Source: Candidatus Saccharimonadota bacterium
GTDB lineage: Bacteria; Patescibacteriota; Saccharimonadia; Saccharimonadales; Saccharimonadaceae
Direction: 5' to 3'
NCBI GenBank assembly: GCA_020160975.1
Contig: JAIUPJ010000001.1
Span: 720,001 to 752,000 of the forward strand
DNA length: 32,000 bases
In this document: positions 7,450 through 16,519 of the stretch, piece after piece
Layout: each line of letters opens with the position of its first letter
How positions within the stretch are numbered: position 1 is the first letter of the stretch
Position numbers and translations under genes: made by a program
Notes under the pieces: generated by a model
What the model was told of the DNA's origin: nothing
Database searches by the model: none
Seen by the model: the letters and a program-made list of their open reading frames with translations, nothing else

Positions 7450-9516
7450 TTATTGTTCGGCCATAAAATGAATATTATCGAGGCTTGTACAGCCAGAGCT
7501 CAAAGTTGTACTATACGCCTCAACTGCACCAGTGGGTTTTATGTAGAGGAGTCCTGCTGAGTTGCAGCCTGTATAAGGGACAACAAACCACGTTTGCCGT
7601 GGCCGAAACCCCGCTGGCAAGGTGAATATTACTTTGCCATTGGATGCACTCGATTTATTCATCAATCCCTTTAAGCTTACGACACCATCGGCACCCTTGC
7701 GATACCCAGGAGTCTCCCATCCGCTACCTAGGTAGTTCCATCCGTTTTGAGGAGTAAAGCTTGTCCATCCACTACCTTGGTTTGGGTAGTAAGTATATAT
7801 GAGAGAATGCCACGAAGTGGGTAATCCTCCACTACTATTGGTGCGCCCACTCACTGTTCCGCCATTTTGATTGATGCCATACACAGTTTCAGCAGTATTG
7901 GCTCCTATAGTTCGTACATGGCTAGGTGCTGTGCCTATGCTGGGAAAACTGCTTGATACCGACGACGCGTTCCCACTTAGCATCCCTTGAACGGATATAC
8001 GACTTGAGTAAGGGTCGGTGAAGTAGCCGATAGTTGTCGAATAGGGGCTATAAAAAAGATTGTATCCACTATTTGGTGAGACAGTTGTCCACGGTTGCGT
8101 TCCTGAGGCCACAAACATGATACCGTCTAGTGTCACCCAGCTGCTTGCGTCTGTCACATTAAGAAGCATGACATTGCCAGAAGAATCGATATCAAGTCGA
8201 CCGACGCCTGCAAGACTACCAGCCTTTACCCCGTAGATAAGACGTGCGGTGGGTCGAAGACCGGGCGGAAGAGTAAACATTATTTCTTCATTCGCCACTG
8301 TGGTGGCTTTTTGCATCATTCCTTTGATGATGACGGCTCCTCCTTTTGTGATTGTATACGCCGCCTGTGTGTGGCCGGTGCTTGTTTCAGTACCCCATGA
8401 CGTCCAGCCGTTGACGAGGTTTGCGGGAGTCCACAGCGGTGTCGCGTAGTTTAATGTACCCTCTGGAGAGTCCCCCATGTCATTTGAACCAATGACGCCG
8501 ATGTTGATGACGTCAAGAGGATCGGCAGGGACAACCTGTTTTGTAGCGGTCGTAGTGAGCATCGTCCAGGGGCCACCATTGACTTGATACCTCACCCGGT
8601 AGGTTCCTGCGTAGGCGACGGGAGTCCACTGGAAGGTTGCTTGCTTCGGATTGTTATCGGCGTTAACGGTGGGGTTGTAGACACTAATGACGGGGGCGGT
8701 AGTGGGCGCGACATCAAGTGTTTCATTGATGCGACTAGCACGAAGCGATCCAGCGTGTGTGAGGGTAGAACCAGCGACGGTTTGGTTGGAAGTGAGCGTC
8801 ACCTTCAAATTCTGGGCGGTTTTGGGGTCACTTGTAGTTACACCAGCCGCAGTGTAGTACACAACTTCCATCGAAACATTGTCGAGAAGCTTTTCGTCGA
8901 CGGCCTGGCAGCCGGCAATACTAGTCGAAGGGCAGTTGTCTCGCTGCCACGGGCTATCGCAAACCGTTGCAATATTGACGGTTGAATTGGTGTTCCAGTC
9001 GGGCACGATGGTTCGCCGCCACAGGGTTGCAACACCGCTGTCCGTGCGGATGAAGTAGATGACCCGGACGGTCAACGTGCGATTTAGTGTTTTGTTGGCT
9101 GCAGCGCAGGCATTTGGCTGATTGGCATAGTAGACGAGATCGCGATTCGCCGTGTAGGGGCTTTTTGTCGTAGCTGTTTGATTGAGGACGAGTGTAGATG
9201 CGCCGCCCACGAAAGCCGTCGTGTCATTAGCAGTGGCGCCCCCAGCCGTAGCATTTTTTCCTTGGCCTGCTTGGGTAATATTGAAGTTTGACAAGAAAGC
9301 CGAGCTCACGCGCACATCTTGCTCGATGCGGTCGAGGGCATCTTGGGTGTCGTACGCAGTGGTGGCGCGGGCTTGCGCTATCATAGCATCACCCATGATG
9401 CTGATGCTAAATGAGACTATCGTGGCTACAGCCAAGATAGCTATCGGTGCGACCACTAACATTTCTATCAAGGTAAACCCCGAATTGTGCGGCTTATATC
9501 CCTGTGACAATCGCAC
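7450..9516 (-). CDS. large prepilin-type protein: pilin N-terminus + FN3-like module + three tail-fibre-like repeats (putative pilus adhesin)
   Basis: The ORF track starts at GTG 9525, but AAGGAG (9530-9525) favours GTG 9516. Leader ...KPHNSG then FTLIEMLVVAPIAIL. Residue numbers follow the track ORF. aa 277-360 look FN3-like (FQWTPVAYAGTYRVRYQVNGGPW). aa 364-474, 478-580 and 586-691 repeat a W..NGW...Y.K..G.V.LKG...IFTLP.G.RP pattern. Confidence 0.85.
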   Translation of the reverse strand: MRLSQGYKPHNSGFTLIEMLVVAPIAILAVATIVSFSISIMGDAMIAQARATTAYDTQDALDRIEQDVRVSSAFLSNFNITQAGQGKNATAGGATANDTTAFVGGASTLVLNQTATTKSPYTANRDLVYYANQPNACAAANKTLNRTLTVRVIYFIRTDSGVATLWRRTIVPDWNTNSTVNIATVCDSPWQRDNCPSTSIAGCQAVDEKLLDNVSMEVVYYTAAGVTTSDPKTAQNLKVTLTSNQTVAGSTLTHAGSLRASRINETLDVAPTTAPVISVYNPTVNADNNPKQATFQWTPVAYAGTYRVRYQVNGGPWTMLTTTATKQVVPADPLDVINIGVIGSNDMGDSPEGTLNYATPLWTPANLVNGWTSWGTETSTGHTQAAYTITKGGAVIIKGMMQKATTVANEEIMFTLPPGLRPTARLIYGVKAGSLAGVGRLDIDSSGNVMLLNVTDASSWVTLDGIMFVASGTQPWTTVSPNSGYNLFYSPYSTTIGYFTDPYSSRISVQGMLSGNASSVSSSFPSIGTAPSHVRTIGANTAETVYGINQNGGTVSGRTNSSGGLPTSWHSLIYTYYPNQGSGWTSFTPQNGWNYLGSGWETPGYRKGADGVVSLKGLMNKSSASNGKVIFTLPAGFRPRQTWFVVPYTGCNSAGLLYIKPTGAVEAYSTTLSSGCTSLDNIHFMAEQ

Positions 9517-9895
9517 GAACGACACTCCTTGGTTCTGGGTTGTTATAGTTCACGGTAATGGTGATGAGGCTGAGATTTGGGTTGGTCGATGCATAGGGGC
9601 AGCTGATAGTCTGTGAGGCGGTTGCGCCAGGAAGTGCAGTTGGGTCAGGAAGCGCGACCGTCGTTGTGTTTGGTGTCGAGTAGGGGCATGGCGCGGGTGC
9701 GGTTTGCTGGGCTTGCCGCATGAGGTCGTAGGCCATATTGCTGGCCTTTGCGCGGCGCTGGGCTGACCCCGAGCTAGTTTGTGTCAAGGAGTAGAGCTGA
9801 CTGGCCGCAGTTAGAATGAGCATCGCAACGACAAGTGCTACTAATATTTCTACTACGGTGAAACCAGCGTCTGACCTCGCCCTTGTTTCTTTCAT
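9494..9895 (-). CDS. prepilin-type minor pilin
   Basis: MKETRARSDAG then FTVVEILVALVVAMLIL. GGAG Shine-Dalgarno. ATGA start/stop overlap with the upstream pilin gene. Confidence 0.8.
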   Translation of the reverse strand: MKETRARSDAGFTVVEILVALVVAMLILTAASQLYSLTQTSSGSAQRRAKASNMAYDLMRQAQQTAPAPCPYSTPNTTTVALPDPTALPGATASQTISCPYASTNPNLSLITITVNYNNPEPRSVVRAIVTGI

Positions 9896-10476
9896 TGGTG
9901 TATGCTCCGAATTGTTTGATATGTGGTTTCGCCCTCTTTTCGATAATAGAGATTAAAGCGTGTACAAACTTCTGAATTACACTGACCCCCTGTTGCGGTT
10001 AACGGCTCGTACACGTATTTATCTTTAGTGACGTACGTTGAGAGGTACGTGGCGTTCTCGGGGCCTACGCCACAAAAAAAGCAATAATATATGAGAGAAT
10101 TGTTCGGGTCATTGCCGGGTGTGCTAAACGAGCTTTTTGTTGTGCCAGGGAGATTGTCTACCAGATAGCCACCAGAGACAAAGCCAGGCACAACTCCATT
10201 GCCACTCAAATCCCAAAATGCAGACATGTGAACGAATTCAAACATATTTGGGTAGCCTCCGGGCCCATAGTTTCCAGCCGAGGTGATAACTTTGTTGCCT
10301 TGGGTATAGCGACGCTCCAGCCCTCGCGCAATCGCTTCTGCATCAGCTTGTCGCTCTTTGTTCCGTGCTGCTACCTGATAATCAGAGATACCGACCATTC
10401 CAAGCGTCAGCAATATAGCCATGATCACCATCACTACTACTAATTCGACAACAGTAAACCCACGCATTTGTCGCAT
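9892..10476 (-). CDS. prepilin-type pilin-like protein
   Basis: MRQMRG then FTVVELVVVMVIMAILL. It is first in a four-gene pilin run and starts 36 nt downstream of the murB stop. Confidence 0.8.
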   Translation of the reverse strand: MRQMRGFTVVELVVVMVIMAILLTLGMVGISDYQVAARNKERQADAEAIARGLERRYTQGNKVITSAGNYGPGGYPNMFEFVHMSAFWDLSGNGVVPGFVSGGYLVDNLPGTTKSSFSTPGNDPNNSLIYYCFFCGVGPENATYLSTYVTKDKYVYEPLTATGGQCNSEVCTRFNLYYRKEGETTYQTIRSIHQ

Positions 10477-10512
10477 GTACTAAGCATAAGTTTTTTTGCG
10501 ATTGAGCGCAAG

Positions 10513-11538
10513 CTACATCTCAAGCGGTTCTTGGCTAATTTGGATTCGGAATTTGTCGCGAACGGCCCCGATAATCTCAGTTCGAGCAGTGGCCAGATCC
10601 TCATAGCTCGTGGCTGATTCGTTGATGAGCACAAGCGCGTTCTTGTCGTGAACCCGCATGCCATGGAGAAGCTGTCCCTTTAGGCCGGTTTGCTCAATCA
10701 GCCAGCCAGTCGGTATTTTGTACAGCTGATCGGGCATATCATAGGCAGGAATATCAGGATAGTCCTTTTTGAGATCGTTCAGCTGCCAATCCTCTACGAT
10801 GGCATTTTTGAAGAATGATCCGGTATTGGGGCGCTCTTTGGGGTCGGGTAGCTTATCGGCGCGAATCGCCATGACTGCCTGGCGAATTACTTCAGGAGTG
10901 TAGAGGGTAGTACTGCGCTCATCGAGATACTCTTGCACAGCTTTGTAAAACGGTGGGGCAGGCGCGGCTTTGAACAGGCGCAGTGTGATGCTGGTGATAA
11001 TGTAGCGACCTAGCGCTGAGCTACGAAACATGCTATTGCGGTAGGAGAATAGACAGTCTGCGTTTGAGAGCGTCACGATCTGGCTGGTCTGCTCATCATA
11101 TGCCTCAAGAGAGATCAGTGTCTCGGCCACTTCTTGACCATAAGCTCCAATATTCTGCACGGGAGCCGCACCAGCTGTGCCAGGAATCGCCGACAACGCT
11201 TCGATACCCGATAGACGCATCTCAACAGTTCGCCGGACAACATCGTCCCAGGATTCTCCCGCGCCGACTTTTATGGTGACATCGCTAGCTGTCTCGCCGA
11301 TCACTTCAAATCCGGGGATGCGATTGCGCAACACGAGCCCTTGATAGCCATCATCGTGGACGAGGGTATTGCTGCCGCCACCAAGCACAAAAACCGGCAG
11401 CTGCTGCTCTTTGGCGCGTTGAACAATCTCATGGATTTCGGATGGCGAGTGGAGGTCTGCCATAAATCGTGCCCGTCCGCCGAGGCGCATCGTCACATAG
11501 TTTTTGAGGGGTACATCAGTATGAATGGTGATGCTCAT
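10513..11538 (-). CDS. murB: UDP-N-acetylenolpyruvoylglucosamine reductase
   Basis: LKNYVTMRLGGRARF and VFVLGGGSNTLV (FAD-binding), with a C-terminal MurB domain. 341 aa. Confidence 0.93.
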   Translation of the reverse strand: MSITIHTDVPLKNYVTMRLGGRARFMADLHSPSEIHEIVQRAKEQQLPVFVLGGGSNTLVHDDGYQGLVLRNRIPGFEVIGETASDVTIKVGAGESWDDVVRRTVEMRLSGIEALSAIPGTAGAAPVQNIGAYGQEVAETLISLEAYDEQTSQIVTLSNADCLFSYRNSMFRSSALGRYIITSITLRLFKAAPAPPFYKAVQEYLDERSTTLYTPEVIRQAVMAIRADKLPDPKERPNTGSFFKNAIVEDWQLNDLKKDYPDIPAYDMPDQLYKIPTGWLIEQTGLKGQLLHGMRVHDKNALVLINESATSYEDLATARTEIIGAVRDKFRIQISQEPLEM

Positions 11539-11597
11539 AGTGTTTATTATACTACTTTGTTAGTCTCCTACTCCGGTGGAATGTCATAGGATAAGTG

Positions 11598-11912
11598 CTA
11601 TATTGAAGTATCGGCAGTCGGCCTCGTTGCTCTATGCGTTAAATAGAAGCATAGAACTGTCATTGCCCAAAGATCTGCTGCGTAAGTTCGTGCCGTGAAG
11701 CTCTGATAAGGACAGGCGCCAAGAGTCGTACTATGACTAGATGTAGTAAACAATAGGTAGCTTGCTGCGGTAAGATAGATGGTATTCTTTGTATTTTGTC
11801 CGCAAGGTCGAGAATCTCCATCTGAGCCGTAGCGATCGGGCGACAGGAATGTAACCCAGACAGTATTAACGAGGAGGATGACTGAGAACAGTGCCAATAG
11901 TTTTTGCTTCAT
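11598..11912 (-). CDS. hypothetical small secreted/membrane protein
   Basis: Internal ATG 11912 gives MKQKLLALFSVILLVNTVWV, which is signal-like. Weak Shine-Dalgarno and no homology that I recognise. Confidence 0.35.
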   Translation of the reverse strand: MKQKLLALFSVILLVNTVWVTFLSPDRYGSDGDSRPCGQNTKNTIYLTAASYLLFTTSSHSTTLGACPYQSFTARTYAADLWAMTVLCFYLTHRATRPTADTSI

Positions 11913-12023
11913 TTTTCGACTATACCTGAGTAGTGGATTTATGGCTTGCTGTGTCGATAGTGTTCCAATTCTCTCAGCATCAACCAAATAAAAAAAAGGC
12001 TAGACAAGCTAACCTTTTTTATT

Positions 12024-12100
12024 TGGTACACCCGGAAGGATTCGAACCTACGACCCTCTGTTCCGAAGACAGATGCTCTAATCCACTGAGCTACGGGTGC
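12024..12100 (-). tRNA. tRNA-Arg (anticodon TCG)
   Basis: The reverse complement reads GCACCCG TA GCTC AGTGGATTA GAGC A TCTGT CTTCGGA ACAGA GGGTC GTAGG TTCGAAT CCTTC CGGGTGT A CCA. There is one U-U mismatch in the T stem and a G1-U72 pair. Confidence 0.85.
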
Positions 12101-12159
12101 GTGTACTACTGTATTATACCTGATTGGTTGGTGTGCACACCTCTGTTATTATACTACAA

Positions 12160-12543
12160 TTACGAAAACATAACAGCAGGAAAGGCAATCATCATCAGTA
12201 GCTGAAAGCCGAGGCTCAGGATAGAGCCGAGAGCGTTCAGTCCCCACACGACTGCAACGATAATCCAGGCAGTCTTTTTGTTGCGCTCAAACCCGGTCAT
12301 AGGGTGGCCCGAACTATCTTTCATGTCGCCAGTGATGACAAGGATTTGATCGATTATAGTCCAAAGGCCAAACCCACCAAGCGTAAATAACTTGAGAAAC
12401 CCGAGGCCAGTATAGCCAAGGTAAAATCGGTCAACACCCAGGAAGCCTAGGAAGAGACTGAGTATGGCTGCAGTCATATAATCTCGACTGCCGGCAGGAG
12501 CAACAGGGGGTTGCGCGGGCTGGATAGGTGCAGGTGATGACAT
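12160..12543 (-). CDS. TM2 domain-containing membrane protein
   Basis: [38 protein letters not shown] is a TM2-domain signature. Confidence 0.8.
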   Translation of the reverse strand: MSSPAPIQPAQPPVAPAGSRDYMTAAILSLFLGFLGVDRFYLGYTGLGFLKLFTLGGFGLWTIIDQILVITGDMKDSSGHPMTGFERNKKTAWIIVAVVWGLNALGSILSLGFQLLMMIAFPAVMFS

Positions 12544-12546
12544 ACG

Positions 12547-13263
12547 CTACTCCACCATCCCTTCGCCCTGGTTCTTCTTAACCAGTACGCCATTTTCAAA
12601 TACGACTTCGATATAATCGCTTTCTGTCAACGTAAATTTACTATAGGCGCATCTCTCATAGGTCTTTTCTTTTGTGGCCTGCTTTGCGCAGGTGTCGCGG
12701 CTGTAGCCGTTTTTTTCGAGAATTTGCACAGCTTTGGATTTTTCGGCACCAATTGTCAGTGCATCGTATGTCTCAGTCGAGTTCATTTGACGAGGCGTGA
12801 GACGTTTTTGCTCTTCTCGTGCGGAAATCTGCTGAAACGCTTCAGGATTTTTATTGAAGTAGTAGACGACAGATCCAATTAGCCCTGCGACCAGGAGAGC
12901 GGTAATAAATGAGGTGATAAATACAGTAATTACAGCCGCTGTCATGGCTTTTTTGTCCTGCGGGTAGCCGAGTAAGGGTTGTCTGTCATGAGTGGTGACT
13001 TTGCCTACGAGGATAAGAATACAATCAATGATTGCCCAAATCCCCAGCCCACCAAACGTAAATAGCTTGAGTAGCCCAAGCCCGGTATAGCCCAGGTAAA
13101 ATCGATCAACACCGAGCGTCCCCACCATGAGGCTGAGCATAACAGCGGTGCTGTAGCGCTTTTGTTGGACCGGCACCACTTGTGCAGACGAGACGGTGAC
13201 AGGCGTAGTCGCTACGGGTTTCTTGTGAGAAGTTTTGACGTGTTTTAGTTCATCCTTAGTCAT
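12547..13263 (-). CDS. TM2 domain-containing membrane protein with C-terminal extracytoplasmic domain
   Basis: [37 protein letters not shown], then another TM segment and a roughly 100-aa C-terminal domain. There is a 3-nt gap to the paralog downstream. Confidence 0.8.
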   Translation of the reverse strand: MTKDELKHVKTSHKKPVATTPVTVSSAQVVPVQQKRYSTAVMLSLMVGTLGVDRFYLGYTGLGLLKLFTFGGLGIWAIIDCILILVGKVTTHDRQPLLGYPQDKKAMTAAVITVFITSFITALLVAGLIGSVVYYFNKNPEAFQQISAREEQKRLTPRQMNSTETYDALTIGAEKSKAVQILEKNGYSRDTCAKQATKEKTYERCAYSKFTLTESDYIEVVFENGVLVKKNQGEGMVE

Positions 13264-13329
13264 GAAACTATTCTAGCATGAATCATTCGCTAGTCGAGAG
13301 GTGATGGGCGCAGCTGGTATACTAAGGTT

Positions 13330-13587
13330 ATGAAAAAGAAACGCGGTATCATCATCGTCGTGGCATTTGTGATTCTTGCAATAGCACTTTCACTAGTCGG
13401 CTACAGTATTACGAGAGATGGGAGATGCAGCGTAAATGGTAACTGTACGAATAAGACAAAGAATGATTGCGATACAAACGGCGTTCGGCCCGCTACCTGC
13501 ATACCCGCCAATAACAGGTGCTTGCCGCCTGGCGATCCCCGCGAAGCGACGGTAGACTGCCTTGAACTCAGGTACTACCAACCGTAG
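13330..13587 (+). CDS. small Cys-rich membrane-anchored/secreted protein
   Basis: MKKKRGIIIVVAFVILAIALSLVG anchor followed by a roughly 55-aa region with 6 Cys. Confidence 0.5.
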   Translation: MKKKRGIIIVVAFVILAIALSLVGYSITRDGRCSVNGNCTNKTKNDCDTNGVRPATCIPANNRCLPPGDPREATVDCLELRYYQP

Positions 13588-13672
13588 AAGACGTATTTGA
13601 TGCCTGCGGGTGTCGATACTTCAAGACGTTTTGGATCCATAGAAAAACCACCCACTAGGGGTGGACTTTCTA

Positions 13673-13749
13673 TGGAGGGTCTGGAGAGACTTGAACTCTC
13701 GACACCCTGCTTAAGAGGCAGGTGCTCTAACCAGCTGAGCTACAGACCC
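13673..13749 (-). tRNA. tRNA-Lys (anticodon CTT)
   Basis: The reverse complement reads GGGTCTG TA GCTC AGCTGGTTA GAGC A CCTGC CTCTTAA GCAGG GTGTC GAGAG TTCAAGT CTCTC CAGACCC T CCA. Confidence 0.92.
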
Positions 13750-13906
13750 ATATTTTTCGAGAGGCGACGCTCGATCTCGAATATTATAAACAAGTTTTGG
13801 GTCAGGCGCAATTTTTATCAAACATTACGCGTCACCACGATAGATTGCGCTCTGTAGGCTGACCAATCGATTCATCATTGTAATAGAAACACGCACTTCT
13901 GTCAAG

Positions 13907-14191
13907 CTAGAGGTCAGCGGTTGCGGCTTCTATTGATGCAAAGTCAGCATTCAGCTGTGCATCGACTGAAGCGGTAGAATCAAGCGCGCTAAGAGCGTTG
14001 TCGAGATCGGCCTTCGAGGTGATTGCTGGTATATCTGGCGTAGTATTTTTCGCCAATTCGGTCGATGGCGACGAGGCAACCTGCGCATTGTAGTAGGTAA
14101 TATACGTATACCCAAGTGCCCCGACGAGTACAACAAAGATAACAACAACTAGTCCGGCGACTGACGAATACCCTAAAGAAAGATGACGCAT
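13907..14191 (-). CDS. hypothetical membrane-anchored protein
   Basis: AAGGAGGG Shine-Dalgarno 8 nt upstream. TM segment VAGLVVVIFVVLVGALGYTYI. There is a 1-nt gap to the upstream gene. Confidence 0.6.
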   Translation of the reverse strand: MRHLSLGYSSVAGLVVVIFVVLVGALGYTYITYYNAQVASSPSTELAKNTTPDIPAITSKADLDNALSALDSTASVDAQLNADFASIEAATADL

Positions 14192-14192
14192 A

Positions 14193-14846
14193 TTATTGAC
14201 CCTCCTTTGTTTCGGCGGCGGTCTTCACTGCCACAAGTAACGCGCGTACGGCATTTTTGTAATCCTTCATGGCAGCGATTTCTGCTTGCTTGGCGGCCTT
14301 AAACTCGGCGAGGGTTTCTTTTGGGCCATCGATTGAGCACGACCAGGTGAGGCTCGTTGCCTGTACTTTCTCAGAAGCGAGCTTGGCGATGTCGTGAGTG
14401 GTAGTGACTGCTGCGACCAAACTAGCGTAGCTCTCAACAGTTAGTTGTTTGGCAGTGACGAAATCTTGTGTGCGGGTAGCGATTTTTTCAAACACCTCAT
14501 ATTGTTTGCTGCCGCGCTGAGCGATGTTCTTCACAGTAGTCTGAATATCAGCTTGGCGTTCTTCGCATTTTGCAAGCTTCTTTTGTGTCAGTTTCTCTTT
14601 TTTGGCTTGTTTTTTATCAATGTCACTGTCTTTTTTCTCAGTTTTTTCAACAGTTTCTCTTTTTTTGTCGGAAACTTCGTTAATTTCCTCACCATAGGGT
14701 TCGGTTTTTTTGCTCGATTCGCTTTCCTTGCTTTGCGGGGCACTGTCGCGGTCGACGGCGCTGACGGCTCCACCGAGGAAAGCAACCGGAACAATCGCGA
14801 AAAGAGCTAGCAGGCTTGTTATGATAACTGTTTGTCGGTATTTCAT
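14193..14846 (-). CDS. hypothetical secreted Lys/Glu-rich protein
   Basis: The track start 14852 is a TTG; ATG 14846 (MKYRQTVIITSLLALFAIVPVAFLGG) is more likely. It has a signal-like N-terminus, a charged low-complexity region and a helical C-terminal half. Confidence 0.6.
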   Translation of the reverse strand: MKYRQTVIITSLLALFAIVPVAFLGGAVSAVDRDSAPQSKESESSKKTEPYGEEINEVSDKKRETVEKTEKKDSDIDKKQAKKEKLTQKKLAKCEERQADIQTTVKNIAQRGSKQYEVFEKIATRTQDFVTAKQLTVESYASLVAAVTTTHDIAKLASEKVQATSLTWSCSIDGPKETLAEFKAAKQAEIAAMKDYKNAVRALLVAVKTAAETKEGQ

Positions 14847-14947
14847 GCGCAATACTTTCGTTCTAGTGATTATATGTCATATTATACACACCGAAGGAAG
14901 ACGTATTGTGAAAAAACACACAATAAGAGCTGTATAATAAGAAAGAT

Positions 14948-16516
14948 ATGGCTGCCTTGAATGCAATTGGGCAACGGTTGGTGGCGGACCTAAAGCGTGC
15001 TGCGTCAGACGACGACGACTTTCGTCGTCATGTTGCGCATGCCGAAAAAGTAAATGTCGTCGGCGCGGGTGGCGCACTAACTGCTGCTTATGAGCAACTC
15101 CGCAATGCTGCAGAAAACACCGAGGAGCACCTACTACTGCAAAATGCCATACGGCGATTCTTCAAACAGGTATTTATCACACGCGATGAGAGTTTGGTTG
15201 CAAGCAGCGGCAACGAGCTGGCTGTCGAGCTAACTTTTGCAGGATATGTCCCAAATGACAGTCTGACAAAATCACAACTCGATAAGATTTCACAGCTTGC
15301 AACCGATCACTATCATCTCTATGAGCAGCTCCTCAAGCGTCGCTCGGTGGCGCTCGATGCGAGCTTCGGGTGGGTGCTCGATACGCTGTCGGTAAAGGTG
15401 GAGGGTGCCGTGAACCATCACCAGCGAGACGCTGCCTTTATCACGTTTGCCTATGAGTATTTGCAAACCGTAGTGCCGCGCGAAAGTGTTGCCAGCAAGA
15501 AGGATGATGCCGCGGAGTACGGCGCAGCGCTATTTGTGGCCATTCACCGGGCATTGCTTAAGTCAAATACCGCCGTCATCCGTACCACTTTGATGCAGCG
15601 CTACGGAGTGGATGCAAAAGATGCCGAATCGTATGTTCAATTCAATCGACAGGTCGATAGCCTTCTCAAGGCGCCGCTCGCTGACAAGCTGTACCGAGTG
15701 GTGGATCGACAGGGCGCGCCGCTGCGTATCATGCGCCGTATGATGGATGACCAGGCAGATTTTGTGAACTGGCTTCCACGACGAGAGGTCTTTCTCGAGA
15801 AGTTTGAGCAGCAGGTTAATAGTGAATATGTGCAGATTGGACGGCGTATCAATCGGGCGATTGTGCGCAGTGTTATTTTCCTCATCATTACAAAATTTAT
15901 CATCGGCATTGCCGTTGAAGTGCCATATGATTTTTGGGCGCATGGGCAGATTATCTGGGTACCGCTGTTGGTGAACCTGGTGTTCCCGCCGCTTTATATG
16001 GTTGCACTGCGACTGACCCACACCTTGCCTGGTTATGCGAATACCACGGCATTGGTCGATCGTGCCGACGCTATGTTGTACGGTGAGCGAACCGTGCTCG
16101 TCAAGAAGCAGCTGACCGGACGGCGCTATGGCCCTATTTTCTCCGCACTCTATGCGGTGTTTAGCCTAGCGATATTCGGCGGCGTTCTGTGGCTGCTTTT
16201 GATGCTGGGCTTTTCTCTCGTGCATATTACGATCTTCTTTGTGTTTATCTCTGCAGCAAGTTTCCTCGGGTTCCGCCTGAGCCGATTGATTCGCGAGCTT
16301 GAGCTGGTGCGCGGTAGCAGCAACGGCCTAACATTTCTGCGCGATGTAATATATTTGCCCTTTGTAGTGGTGGGACAGTGGATGAACGAAAAATATAGCC
16401 AGGTAAATATCGTCGCAACCGTGCTCGACATGGTGATTGAACTACCGCTCAAGACGGTGCTACGGCTCGTGCGTCAATGGGGTGCATTTATCGACGATAG
16501 AAAGGACAGGATATAG
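14948..16516 (+). CDS. hypothetical integral membrane protein (soluble N-terminal ~300 aa, several C-terminal TM helices)
   Basis: 522-aa ORF with hydrophobic helices (VIFLIITKFIIGIAV, IIWVPLLVNLVFPPLYMVAL, IFSALYAVFSLAIFGGVLWLLLMLGFSLVHITIFFVFI). Its stop lies 3 nt before the folD start. Confidence 0.7.
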   Translation: MAALNAIGQRLVADLKRAASDDDDFRRHVAHAEKVNVVGAGGALTAAYEQLRNAAENTEEHLLLQNAIRRFFKQVFITRDESLVASSGNELAVELTFAGYVPNDSLTKSQLDKISQLATDHYHLYEQLLKRRSVALDASFGWVLDTLSVKVEGAVNHHQRDAAFITFAYEYLQTVVPRESVASKKDDAAEYGAALFVAIHRALLKSNTAVIRTTLMQRYGVDAKDAESYVQFNRQVDSLLKAPLADKLYRVVDRQGAPLRIMRRMMDDQADFVNWLPRREVFLEKFEQQVNSEYVQIGRRINRAIVRSVIFLIITKFIIGIAVEVPYDFWAHGQIIWVPLLVNLVFPPLYMVALRLTHTLPGYANTTALVDRADAMLYGERTVLVKKQLTGRRYGPIFSALYAVFSLAIFGGVLWLLLMLGFSLVHITIFFVFISAASFLGFRLSRLIRELELVRGSSNGLTFLRDVIYLPFVVVGQWMNEKYSQVNIVATVLDMVIELPLKTVLRLVRQWGAFIDDRKDRI

Positions 16517-16519
16517 CAT

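Noticed and set aside
7453-8436. Diversity-generating retroelement targeting the repeated C-terminal modules of the pilin-adhesin
   Set aside because: The repeats are similar only at the protein-motif level. There is no nucleotide-level template/variable repeat pair and no reverse transcriptase gene in the window.
14445-14810. 121-aa plus-strand ORF opposite the Lys/Glu-rich gene
   Set aside because: It is the Phe/Leu-rich mirror image of a poly-AAG/GAA coding region. The minus-strand gene has a signal peptide and operon context.
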